Positions 18,943 through 27,748 of a DNA stretch of 64,000 bases are shown piece after piece. The notes beneath the pieces are model-generated. The model did no database searches, was not told where the DNA came from, and saw only the letters and a program-made list of their open reading frames with translations. Source of the DNA: Myxococcota bacterium (GTDB lineage: Bacteria; Myxococcota_A; UBA9160; SZUA-336); NCBI GenBank assembly GCA_040902485.1, contig JBBDXF010000029.1:244318-308317 (forward strand). Reading direction: 5' to 3'. The position numbers and the translations under genes were made by a program. Positions within the stretch are counted from its first letter, which is position 1; each line of letters opens with the position of its first letter.

Positions 18943-19725
18943 TCACGACTTCGCCTCCTTCGGCGCGGGCACGGGCAGGATCAGCAGCTCGGGCGCGCGC
19001 GTCTTGCGCGCCACCGCGAGGCCTTCCTCGAAGCTGTGGCCGTAGTCGTCGTCGACGACCCAGGTCTGCGCGCGCGCGTCCCAGTAGCCGGTCTCCCGGC
19101 CGTCGAGCGTCTGGTACAGAAGCGCCGCGCGGCCGACGCGCAGGAACTGCACCGTGCGTGCATCGGCCGCGTCGCCGAGCTTCGCCTCGTAGGCCTCGAT
19201 CGTGCGCCCGTAGTCCATCTCCACCTGATACGCCTCGACGATGCGGCGGAACTTCTCGGAGATCGTCACGTCCGCGCGGCTCATCATCTGCTCGAGCCTC
19301 GCGACGCGATCGCGACGCTCCTCGAGCAGGAACGGCACGTCGAGCGCCACGAACTGCTCGAGCGTCGCGAGCATGCGCGTCATCAGCGGCGCGACCTCGC
19401 GCGAGGTCGTCTCGACCTCCACCAGCTGCGCTTGCATCCCGTTCATCTCGGTTTTCTGCGATTCGACCTGCGCCTCGAGCTGCCTGGCGTAGATCGTGTA
19501 GCTCTCGGCGTCCGCGAGCGCGCGCCGATACTCGGAGAGCAGCTTCTGGGTCTCGTCGTCGAGCTGGTTGATGCGCTCCTGCGACGCGCGCGCGGCCGCG
19601 TCGGTCGCGATCTGCTCCTTCACGACGCGGTCGAGCGCGTCCGCCGCCTGGGCGCCCGCGTGCATCGGTGCCAGCCAGAGCGCGCAGAGCAGCGCGATCC
19701 CCCACTTCATCGCCTGGTACTCCAT
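18943..19725 (-). CDS. DUF3450-like periplasmic coiled-coil protein (TtpB-like)
   Basis: Signal peptide, coiled-coil region, and a C-terminal DGRETGYWD…WVVDDDY segment. First gene of the TonB2-type cluster. Confidence 0.6.
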   Translation of the reverse strand: MEYQAMKWGIALLCALWLAPMHAGAQAADALDRVVKEQIATDAAARASQERINQLDDETQKLLSEYRRALADAESYTIYARQLEAQVESQKTEMNGMQAQLVEVETTSREVAPLMTRMLATLEQFVALDVPFLLEERRDRVARLEQMMSRADVTISEKFRRIVEAYQVEMDYGRTIEAYEAKLGDAADARTVQFLRVGRAALLYQTLDGRETGYWDARAQTWVVDDDYGHSFEEGLAVARKTRAPELLILPVPAPKEAKS

Positions 19726-19828
19726 CTACGAATGGTCGGTCGGAACGTAGGCGGATCGCTTGGCGTCGGAGGCTCGGATCCGTGGAGAAATCGTGAGCAA
19801 CCGTGACGGAACGACGACGATCTCGCGG

Positions 19829-20605
19829 TCAGTGCCCGGCGGCTCCCGGCGCGGACGCCGTGGTGGCGGCAAAGGCGACGTCGAGCGCGGCCGAAAGCTC
19901 CGCCGTGACGTCCGGGCTCCACGCGCGCTCGAGCAGCACGCGGCCCTCGCGGGTCAGCAGGACGACCGCGGGAACCTTCACACCGTCTTTCAGAAGCGAA
20001 CGCGTGTACGACTCGGAGAGGTGGTCGTACACGAAGGGCACCGTCCACTTCAGGGCCCGGAGCTTCTCCCGCAGCGCCGGATCGGGGTGCTCGCCCTGCG
20101 GAAACAGGATGGTGGCCAGGCCGTGGCGCTCGTGGAGCGGTGACAGCGCGGCGACGATCGAGGCGAACTCGGCCTGGCCCGGATCGGCGAACACGCACAC
20201 GAACCCGGGCTTCTCCGCGACGGTCGCGAACGGGTACGGTCGCAGCTCGTCGGAGCCGGAGTCGACGAGCCGTGGACCGAGGGCGAGCACGAAGTTCGGA
20301 GCGGCCTTCTCGAGCAGGCCGGTGCGAATCTGATTTGCGCGGACGACCAGATCCGTGTCCGACACCGGAATGGTTCGCTTGCCGTCGCGCCCGAAGTCGA
20401 GCCGCGCGAGGCCACCCTGTTCGACGCGGATCAGCACGCCCAGCGAGCCATCCGCAGTGAGCGCCGTCTGGTAAGGCCAGAAGCGCTCGTTCTCGAGCAG
20501 CGTCGCCTCCGTGACGACCGGCGCTCGCGGGTCGGCGACGAGATGCTCGGGCAGCTCCGTGACGACTGGAGCTGTCGCGAGCGCGAGCAACAACAGGCTA
20601 CGCAT
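19829..20605 (-). CDS. secreted hypothetical protein
   Basis: Start at the MRSLLLLALATAPVVT signal peptide. No recognisable catalytic motif. Confidence 0.4.
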   Translation of the reverse strand: MRSLLLLALATAPVVTELPEHLVADPRAPVVTEATLLENERFWPYQTALTADGSLGVLIRVEQGGLARLDFGRDGKRTIPVSDTDLVVRANQIRTGLLEKAAPNFVLALGPRLVDSGSDELRPYPFATVAEKPGFVCVFADPGQAEFASIVAALSPLHERHGLATILFPQGEHPDPALREKLRALKWTVPFVYDHLSESYTRSLLKDGVKVPAVVLLTREGRVLLERAWSPDVTAELSAALDVAFAATTASAPGAAGH

Positions 20606-20681
20606 CTTCGAACTCCAGCGCAGAAATGGGAACCGCCACCCCGAAGGGTGGCGGCTCCGCAGTTCCGGAAGGTGTCGGGGA

Positions 20682-21488
20682 TCAGGCCTTGCGGCGGCCA
20701 ACGGCCGCGAAGGCCGCGAGCGCCGTGCCGAGCAGGATGGCGGTGCCGGGTAGCGGCACCGGCACCACCGTGCCGTTGATCGCCACGTTGTCGATGCGGG
20801 TGTTGCTTCCGGTCGGATCGACGTTGAAGCGCACGTACGCAGCCTCGGACGGAAGACCGCCGAGGTTGATCACGAACTGCGTGTCGATGTTGGTGATCGA
20901 CTGCGTGCCGAACGGCACGTAGACGATCCCGTCGGTCGAGAACTCGATGCCGATCGACGACGTGCCGCTGTCGGTCTGTCCGCCGAAGCTGACCGACCAA
21001 TCGCTGCCGAGGCCGGGGATCGTGTTCGTGTAGGCCGCGAACACGAAGCTGACGGCGTTCCGGATCTGAAGCGAGTAGAAGCCCTGGAAACTCTGGCCTT
21101 CGTCCGCGAGAACGGTGTGCGAGTCGAACTCCACGAGCCCCCCGCCCAGGACCGGTGCGTCGAAATTCGAGGCCAGGGACGGCGCGCTCGGATCCACCTG
21201 CGAGTCGGGCGCGTCCGGCACGACGAGCGTCGAACCGTAGCTCCCGTCGAAGAACAGGGTCCCGTACGCGGCGGACTCCGCACCGGCTCCGAAGGTCGGG
21301 TCGAGCGCGGAGTAGTTCGCACTCAGCACGTTGGTGTAGCCCACACCATCGACGCTGAGCTCACCGTCAGAGACGTACTGAGAAAAGTCCCAGCCGGCGA
21401 TCATGACGGCTTGTGCGGAGCCGGTGAGCGCCGTGAACAGCGCGAGTACACCGAGAGCGGTCTTGAGAAATGCAGTCTTCATGAGCAT
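20682..21488 (-). CDS. PEP-CTERM sorting domain-containing secreted protein
   Basis: N-terminal signal peptide. C-terminal VPVPLPGTAILLGTALAAFAAVGRRKA (PEP motif variant, TM helix, basic tail). Confidence 0.65.
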   Translation of the reverse strand: MLMKTAFLKTALGVLALFTALTGSAQAVMIAGWDFSQYVSDGELSVDGVGYTNVLSANYSALDPTFGAGAESAAYGTLFFDGSYGSTLVVPDAPDSQVDPSAPSLASNFDAPVLGGGLVEFDSHTVLADEGQSFQGFYSLQIRNAVSFVFAAYTNTIPGLGSDWSVSFGGQTDSGTSSIGIEFSTDGIVYVPFGTQSITNIDTQFVINLGGLPSEAAYVRFNVDPTGSNTRIDNVAINGTVVPVPLPGTAILLGTALAAFAAVGRRKA

Positions 21489-21577
21489 TCAACCTTTTTC
21501 GTCTTGTGGTTCTGGTTCCGGAAGGCCTCGGATCGGACGAGACGCTTCCAGATCGTCGTTCGAGTCAGCGCCCGATC

Positions 21578-23275
21578 TCAGTCAGCGAGGACTCCGCCGA
21601 TGTTCAGCGCGGTCCAGGGGGTGGTCCAAAGCGTGACCGCCGTGCTGGCGAAGGCTCCGCGGTAGTTCACCTTGGAGAGCGCTGGATTCGGGGGGAAGAC
21701 GCAGCCAGCGGTTCCGGTCAGGCCTCCCAGGGGTCGCGGGTTGATCGGCGCCGGCTTGATGCTCGGGTCGAGCTTACCGTCGGCGTTGCCGGTCGGGTCG
21801 AACGTCGTGTCCTCGTTGGTGAGACCGGGATACGCGGCCACGTTGATCGTGTTCGCGGAATTGGCCGCACCACCCCAGCTGGCCTGGAGCGTATTGCCGT
21901 TCGTCGAAGCAAGCAGCTCCGTCGCGTCCAGCGTGCCGGTGTTGTCGAAGGTCGTGCAGGCGAAGGCGATCAGGCCGTTGGTGGTGTTGGTCACCACGTC
22001 GAAGCCCGGGGTCTCGACCGCGGACGGACCGACCTCGAAACCCTCCTCCGTTCCCGTGTTGATCACGACGCTGTTGGAGACCAGGCCCGCGAAGCCGTTG
22101 CGCGCCTGGATGCCGCGATTGACCGAGGCCACCGACGCGGGCGTGAAGAACTGCGGCGCGTCGGGCGTGGAGCCGATCAGCGTCATGTTGAACATCGCCG
22201 GGTTGGAGAGCGGCCAGGGAGTCGGCTCCGAGGCGGGAAGCGCGTCGATGCCCCGTCGGATGTTGACGTTGTTGTTGAGGTCGGTGTTGTCCGGGCGGTA
22301 GTTGTCGCCGTCGAACTCGCCCGCCTTGTCTCCGGACACGGAGCCGTACGGCGTGCCGCCGTTCTCGTTGAAGAACGGCATGATGCCGAACAGGAACTGG
22401 TTCGTTCCGGTGTAGCCCTCGTCGAGGTCGAACACGTCGTCGCCGACGTAGGCGACGAACAGGTTCTTGCCGTTCACGGTTCCGCCGAACCACTCGACGC
22501 CGTCGTCGAAGTTGCAGTAGACCTCGATGTTCTCGACCGTCGTGCCGTCGCCGACGCCGCCGAGCGAGAGCCCGTTCAGCTCGTTGCCCAAGCCGAGCTC
22601 GTCGCCCGCGTGCCGGATCGAGATGAAGCGCAGGCTGCCGGAGTTGTCGTGCGGCTCGACGCCGCCGTAGCTGGCGTCCTCGTCCAGGAAGCCGGGTACG
22701 GTGAGACCCTCGACGAGCGTCTTGCCGTAGCCGACGCCGGCCTTGTCCGCGTTGTTGGTCGGCGCGTTGCCGAGCACCACCAGGCCGCCCCAGAGCGCGA
22801 CGTTGCTGAAGCCGTCCTTGTTGAGCGGAGCGAGCGGCGCGGTCGTCGGCGTGTCATCCAGGAAGAGGTCGCCGGGCACCCATTCCTTCTCGAAGCCGCC
22901 GACCAGGTCGGCGACGCCGTCGTCGTCGTTGTCGACCGCGGCCGTGGTCATGACGATCGGCGCCGCGGCCGAGCCGTTGGCGACGATGCGGCCGGTCTGC
23001 GTGACGATCAGCGCGCCCGGAGTGCCGACGGTCGAGCCCTCCACGACGGGGCCGGAGCGGGGCTGCCCGCGCACGATCGTGCCGGGCAGGATCGTGAGCG
23101 TGGCGCCCGACTTCACGAAGATCGGGTTCTGGAGAATGATCGGGCTCGGATTCGCTGCGCCACCCCAGGTCGTATTGGTCGTGACGTTGGCGGAGACGAC
23201 CGTTTGCGCGTTCGCGCCTGCTGCGGCGAGGCCGACGACCGCGATGGTCAGTGCGGCGAGACGGAGTTTCTGCAT
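21578..23275 (-). CDS. secreted hypothetical protein, Gly/Asn/Thr-rich (possible beta-helix/adhesin-like)
   Basis: Start at the MQKLRLAALTIAVVGLAAAGANAQ signal peptide. Repetitive G/N/T/D-rich sequence. Sits between a PEP-CTERM gene and a TonB-dependent receptor. Confidence 0.5.
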   Translation of the reverse strand: MQKLRLAALTIAVVGLAAAGANAQTVVSANVTTNTTWGGAANPSPIILQNPIFVKSGATLTILPGTIVRGQPRSGPVVEGSTVGTPGALIVTQTGRIVANGSAAAPIVMTTAAVDNDDDGVADLVGGFEKEWVPGDLFLDDTPTTAPLAPLNKDGFSNVALWGGLVVLGNAPTNNADKAGVGYGKTLVEGLTVPGFLDEDASYGGVEPHDNSGSLRFISIRHAGDELGLGNELNGLSLGGVGDGTTVENIEVYCNFDDGVEWFGGTVNGKNLFVAYVGDDVFDLDEGYTGTNQFLFGIMPFFNENGGTPYGSVSGDKAGEFDGDNYRPDNTDLNNNVNIRRGIDALPASEPTPWPLSNPAMFNMTLIGSTPDAPQFFTPASVASVNRGIQARNGFAGLVSNSVVINTGTEEGFEVGPSAVETPGFDVVTNTTNGLIAFACTTFDNTGTLDATELLASTNGNTLQASWGGAANSANTINVAAYPGLTNEDTTFDPTGNADGKLDPSIKPAPINPRPLGGLTGTAGCVFPPNPALSKVNYRGAFASTAVTLWTTPWTALNIGGVLAD

Positions 23276-23467
23276 GTGTTTGAACCTTCCTCTGGTTTGT
23301 TCTGGCTTGCCGTGGGTGACCAGCGGAGCGAGACGCCAGCACCGATCGACGAGCAAGATGGCAGGCCGGAATTACAGACAGGGTTCGAACCGGCTACATG
23401 TGCGTGGCGAATCAGAGGGTTCGCCCGACACCGTCCGCACACATCTCCTTCGCTCGAACCGGCTCGC

Positions 23468-26400
23468 TCAGAACGACAGCGAGTAGGTGAGCGAGATCGA
23501 GTAGTCCAAGCCGAGCTTTAGCGAGCGCTCCACCACCGTCCCGCGGGTCTGTTCCTCGTCGTAGATCACGCGCCGCTCGGAGTCGGTGAGGTTCTTGACG
23601 TTGCCCTTCAGCGTGACGTCGCCGCCGAGGGCGTTGACCTGCCAGGTCTGGCTGACGACGAGATTGAGCTGGTCGAACGAGTCGAGGTAGCGGTCCAGCG
23701 TGAGAGACAGGATCTCGCCGTTCTGCGAGGTCGCCGCGCTGCCCGCGGCGTCGAGGATCTCGCTGATCGCGAAATAGCTCAGCGTGATCTTCGTACCCCA
23801 ATCGGGATTGTCGTAGGAGAGGTCGACGTTCGCGATCCACTCCGGCTGGCCGAACAAGCGCCGGTCCTTCTCGTAGCTCGAGAACCTCACCGGAACCCCG
23901 TCGGGCGCGCCGAAGAAAGCGTTCGCGCGCGCGAGCTCGGCGTCGGTCCGGTCGACCTTGGCGTCGATGTAGGTGAAGTTCCCGCCGATCGAGAAGTACT
24001 GCGCGAAGTCGGGGCCGAGGAAGCCCAGGTTCTTGCGGCCCTCGACCTCGACGCCGTACAGCCTCGCCTCGGAGGGGTTGTTGAAGAAGGTGCGGAACAG
24101 CGCGCTCGACGAGCCTTCGGAGTTCAGCGGATTGCGAATGATGATGCTCTCGATCGGATCGTCGATCGTCTTGTAGAACACGCTGAAGGCCGCGAGGTCG
24201 CCCGTCTCGCCCCAGCTGTACTCGGTGCGGAGGTCGTAGCTGACCACGTCGGAGAGCTGGAGCTGAGGGTTGCCGACGATCAGATCGTCCGAGCCAGGCT
24301 CGACCGAAACGTAGTAGCCCAGCTCGCGGAACGACGGCCGGGCAACCGTCTGGGAGTAGGCGCCGCGAAGATTGAGCCCTTCGAGCGGACGGTAGGTGAA
24401 GCCGAACGCGGGCAGCACGCGATGCTCGTCGATCTCGCCGTCGATGAACGAGCGGATCTCGTCCTCGTCCGCCAGATCCACGAGACCGGTCGACGGATCG
24501 ATCGGCACCGCGATCCCCAGCAGCTGATCGTTGTAGGTCGCGTCCGCGTTCGGAGTTCCCTCGCCGCGAGCCGGATTGTCGAGCCGGTCGAAGAAGAGGT
24601 ACTTGGTCGGGAAGATCGCGGGCGTACCGTCCAGCGCGGGCTCGCCGGTGAACGGGTCGTTGTTCGACTCGATCAGGATCGATTCCCAGCGAGCCCCGGC
24701 GAGCAGATCCAGGTCATCCCAGATCGTGAGCTTCGCCCCGAAGTTGCCTGCCTGGATGTCGCGCGAGGAGTCGTTCTCGGAGTCGCGCGCCCCGCTGAAC
24801 TGGCCATTGGGCTCCAGGTCGAGATCGGTGCCAATGGTGCTGCCGAGACACTCGGCGGTCTCGCATGAGAGCGCGAACTGCGAGCTGCCCGAGACGGTCG
24901 GGCTCTCCAGAAAGTCCGACTCCACGTCCCGCTTCGCGTGCTCGTACCAGTATCCGCCGTCGAGCTTCAAGCGGAGCGCGCTCGAGAGATCGAACTCGTA
25001 GGCGACGTCGGCGCGCGCGAAGCTCTGCTTCTCGTGGACGTCGTTGCTGCTCGCGAAGATGCCATCGTTCACGTAGAAGCGGCCGGGGCCGAGTGAGTCG
25101 ACGGTGGAGGGGAACGTGGTGGGAACCTGCGACAGGTCGTCCGGCTCGTAGAAGTAGCGCGCGCCGAGCGATTCTTCCGTCTGGCTGGTTCTCGCGGTGT
25201 TCGCGGCCCAGCTCAGGTGAAGACCGTCGAGCGCGCCGATCGAGTGATCGCCGTTCAGCTGGTAGACGACGAGATCGCGCGTCACGTCGAACGAATCGCT
25301 CTCCGCAAAGCTGTCCCCGAACAGCGGGCCGCGGGTGACCGGCTCGCCGGTGTTGGCGCGAATCGACCGCGCGATCCAGGAGGACCTCGTCGCGGTCCCG
25401 TCGAAGGACGAAACGAAGACGTCATCGTTGTTGGCCTGCCGCTCCGCGAGCGGGCCGTAGTCGAAGCCCTCGAACCAGCCGTTCTGGTACAGCTGGACGG
25501 TCTTGTCCTTCTTCTCGGTGTAGAAGTAGTTCGCGTCGATCGTGTGCGCCCCGTCGGGATCGAGATCGAACCCGAGCCCCGCGTAGCCGGTCTTCTGCTT
25601 CGACTCCTCGCTCTCGGTCAGGTCGAAGGTGCCGTCGGAGAGCGCGAGCTCGCCGAGCGAGAGCCCTCCGGGGATGGGGACCGGAGCGGTGGCCGCGCGC
25701 TGCGGCTCGGCGGCGCTCTCCGTGCCCTCGCCGGTCTGGTAGTCGACTTCGCTGGCGCCGATCGCCTTGAAGCGGATCTCGCGCTCGAAGAGCGAGCCGC
25801 GGCCGCCGATCGACATGCCGAAGTCGCTCTCGGCCGTGTCCCAGCCGTCGGTCTGGCTGCCCGTCGGCGACCCGCCGTTGAGCTCGTAGAAGTCGTCGAC
25901 CGCGTTCGAGTTCCAGCCGCTGCCGGCGCTGAACTTGATCTCGAAGGACTCGGGGTACTCGTTGGTGAGGATGTTGATCGAGCCGCCGGAGGAATTGCTC
26001 GGCAGGTTCGGCCCGAAGGTCTTGGCGACGACCAGGTTCGTGACGATGTCGGAGGGGAACAGGTCGAGCTGCACCGACTGGCTGTCCGGGTCGGGGCTGG
26101 GCACGACCGCGGAGTTGTAGAGCGTGCTTGAGTAGCGGTCCTCCAGCCCGCGGATGATCGCGAACTGGCCCTCGACCACGTTCACGCCCGGCACGAACTT
26201 CAGCGCGTCGGCCACGTCGGACGCGGCGAACTTCGCGAACTCGGCGGCGTTCAGCGTGTTCAGGAGCTCGTCCGACTCCATGCGCGACGCGGCCAGGATC
26301 TCCTCCATCGGCGAGGCCTCGACCACGAACTCCTCGAAGCCCGGCATCTCTTCGGTCGCCTGCGGCGGCAGCGGCGGCAGCGGGAAGTCGGCGCGGTTCA

Positions 26401-26746
26401 CCTCGCCCGCCGTCACGGCGAAGCTCGTCATCAGCGAGACGCGGTAGCCCGACTTGGTGAACTTCACGCTGTAGCTGCCCGCGGGAACCCGCGGGAACTC
26501 GTAGGCGCCGGTCGCATCGGTGACCTGCTCCAGCTCGCGCGCAGCTCCTCCCGCGGCGCCGGGCGAGGGCGAGAGCGTCACCTTCACGCCCTCGATCGGC
26601 GCGGCGGACTCGCTGTCGATCAGCTGGCCGCGGATGCTGCCGGGAGCGGGTGGGGCTTCTTGCGCCCACGCCCGCGGCGCGAGCACGAGCGCGCACGCGA
26701 GCAAGAGAAGCCCGATGCGTGGGAGGGGAAGCTGGGTCGTCATCAC
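23468..26746 (-). CDS. TonB-dependent receptor with N-terminal carboxypeptidase-regulatory-like domain
   Basis: 1092 aa. Signal peptide, a CarbopepD_reg-like region (GQLIDSESAAPIEGVKVTL…TDATGAYEF), a plug domain, a long beta-barrel, and a C-terminal aromatic residue. Confidence 0.8.
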   Translation of the reverse strand: MMTTQLPLPRIGLLLLACALVLAPRAWAQEAPPAPGSIRGQLIDSESAAPIEGVKVTLSPSPGAAGGAARELEQVTDATGAYEFPRVPAGSYSVKFTKSGYRVSLMTSFAVTAGEVNRADFPLPPLPPQATEEMPGFEEFVVEASPMEEILAASRMESDELLNTLNAAEFAKFAASDVADALKFVPGVNVVEGQFAIIRGLEDRYSSTLYNSAVVPSPDPDSQSVQLDLFPSDIVTNLVVAKTFGPNLPSNSSGGSINILTNEYPESFEIKFSAGSGWNSNAVDDFYELNGGSPTGSQTDGWDTAESDFGMSIGGRGSLFEREIRFKAIGASEVDYQTGEGTESAAEPQRAATAPVPIPGGLSLGELALSDGTFDLTESEESKQKTGYAGLGFDLDPDGAHTIDANYFYTEKKDKTVQLYQNGWFEGFDYGPLAERQANNDDVFVSSFDGTATRSSWIARSIRANTGEPVTRGPLFGDSFAESDSFDVTRDLVVYQLNGDHSIGALDGLHLSWAANTARTSQTEESLGARYFYEPDDLSQVPTTFPSTVDSLGPGRFYVNDGIFASSNDVHEKQSFARADVAYEFDLSSALRLKLDGGYWYEHAKRDVESDFLESPTVSGSSQFALSCETAECLGSTIGTDLDLEPNGQFSGARDSENDSSRDIQAGNFGAKLTIWDDLDLLAGARWESILIESNNDPFTGEPALDGTPAIFPTKYLFFDRLDNPARGEGTPNADATYNDQLLGIAVPIDPSTGLVDLADEDEIRSFIDGEIDEHRVLPAFGFTYRPLEGLNLRGAYSQTVARPSFRELGYYVSVEPGSDDLIVGNPQLQLSDVVSYDLRTEYSWGETGDLAAFSVFYKTIDDPIESIIIRNPLNSEGSSSALFRTFFNNPSEARLYGVEVEGRKNLGFLGPDFAQYFSIGGNFTYIDAKVDRTDAELARANAFFGAPDGVPVRFSSYEKDRRLFGQPEWIANVDLSYDNPDWGTKITLSYFAISEILDAAGSAATSQNGEILSLTLDRYLDSFDQLNLVVSQTWQVNALGGDVTLKGNVKNLTDSERRVIYDEEQTRGTVVERSLKLGLDYSISLTYSLSF

Positions 26747-26890
26747 GGCGTGCGCGGATCAGAGCGCAGCGATGCGAGGGTGCCAGGACGACCTCGTGAG
26801 AGATCCGAGGCGATTCGACGACGAGCCGGAGAGCGAGCGCACGGTGACGATCGCGTGACGCCGCGGACCGCCGTGCCCGCGCGCCCTCGC

Positions 26891-26916
26891 GAGATTCACA
26901 TCATTGCTTCACAGAG
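26891..26916. promoter_or_regulatory. direct repeats TGTGAA-N5-TGTGAA (read on the opposite strand) upstream of the response-regulator/ppk genes; possible Pho-box-like site
   Basis: gagATTCACAtcattgcTTCACAgag lies about 20 nt upstream of the response-regulator ATG, with 11-bp periodicity reminiscent of PhoB boxes. Confidence 0.25.
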
Positions 26917-26934
26917 CTGCAACGCCGCGATGCT

Positions 26935-27639
26935 ATGCCTGACACCGTGGTGCGAGTTCTGGTCGTCGATTCCGATCCGACGGGCCGGCAGGAGATCTGT
27001 CGCGCGCTCGAGCGCAGCGGCTTCGAGCTGCTCGAGACGAGCTCCGCCGCGCAGGCGAGCGAGGTGCTGCGCGGCGAGCCGCCCGCTGCGGTCGTGGTCG
27101 ACACGCTGCTCAGCGACCAGTCCGGCTTCGCGGTCTGCCGCACGATCCGCGAATCGCCCGAGACGAAGGACGTGCCGGTGCTGATGCTCTCGCGCTCGAG
27201 CTCGGACATGGATCGCATCCTCGCGCTCGAGGCCGGCGCCGACGACGTGCTGGCGCGTCCGTTCTTCCCGCGCGAGCTCGCGCTGCGCGTGCGCTCGGTG
27301 CTGCGCCGCAGCGGCCCCGCGCCCGGCAGCGCGCGCGAGGCCGCGCCGCTCGAGTACGGCCCGCTGCGCCTCGACGAGCTGCGCCGCTCGGTCACCGCCG
27401 GCGGAATTCCGGTCGAGCTGACGGGCACGGAGTTCGCGGTGCTCGCCCTGCTCATGAGCAAGCCGGGGCGGGCCTTCACGCGCGAGGAGATCCTGGCCGA
27501 CCTCTGGTCGGGGGGTGGCGGCCGCACGCTTCGCGTCCTCGACACCCATGTGAAGGGAATTCGCCGAAAGCTCGGCGAGTGCGCCTGGATCCTGGAAAGC
27601 GTCCACGGGGTCGGCTATCGGCTCGCGGGCTTGCCGTAG
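26935..27639 (+). CDS. OmpR/PhoB family response regulator
   Basis: Receiver domain (VLVVDSD…D…K) plus a winged-helix DNA-binding domain (…VLDTHVKGIRRKL…GVGYRL). No adjacent kinase. Confidence 0.85.
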   Translation: MPDTVVRVLVVDSDPTGRQEICRALERSGFELLETSSAAQASEVLRGEPPAAVVVDTLLSDQSGFAVCRTIRESPETKDVPVLMLSRSSSDMDRILALEAGADDVLARPFFPRELALRVRSVLRRSGPAPGSAREAAPLEYGPLRLDELRRSVTAGGIPVELTGTEFAVLALLMSKPGRAFTREEILADLWSGGGGRTLRVLDTHVKGIRRKLGECAWILESVHGVGYRLAGLP

Positions 27640-27748
27640 AACGATCCCAAGCTTTGCCGGCAGCTTCGGTGGGACACGCGACCACACGCGTATGTCACCG
27701 AAATGTAATATGATTCTCGCCCCCACCCGTTACGTTTGGGACGCCGAG

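Noticed and set aside
23357-23467. Possible tRNA (two GGGTTCGAACC-like T-loop motifs)
   Set aside because: No acceptor stem or anticodon-arm complementarity could be built around the motifs; likely coincidental.
21506-23521. 671-aa plus-strand ORF
   Set aside because: Antisense to the signal-peptide-bearing secreted protein (21578..23275); composition artifact.
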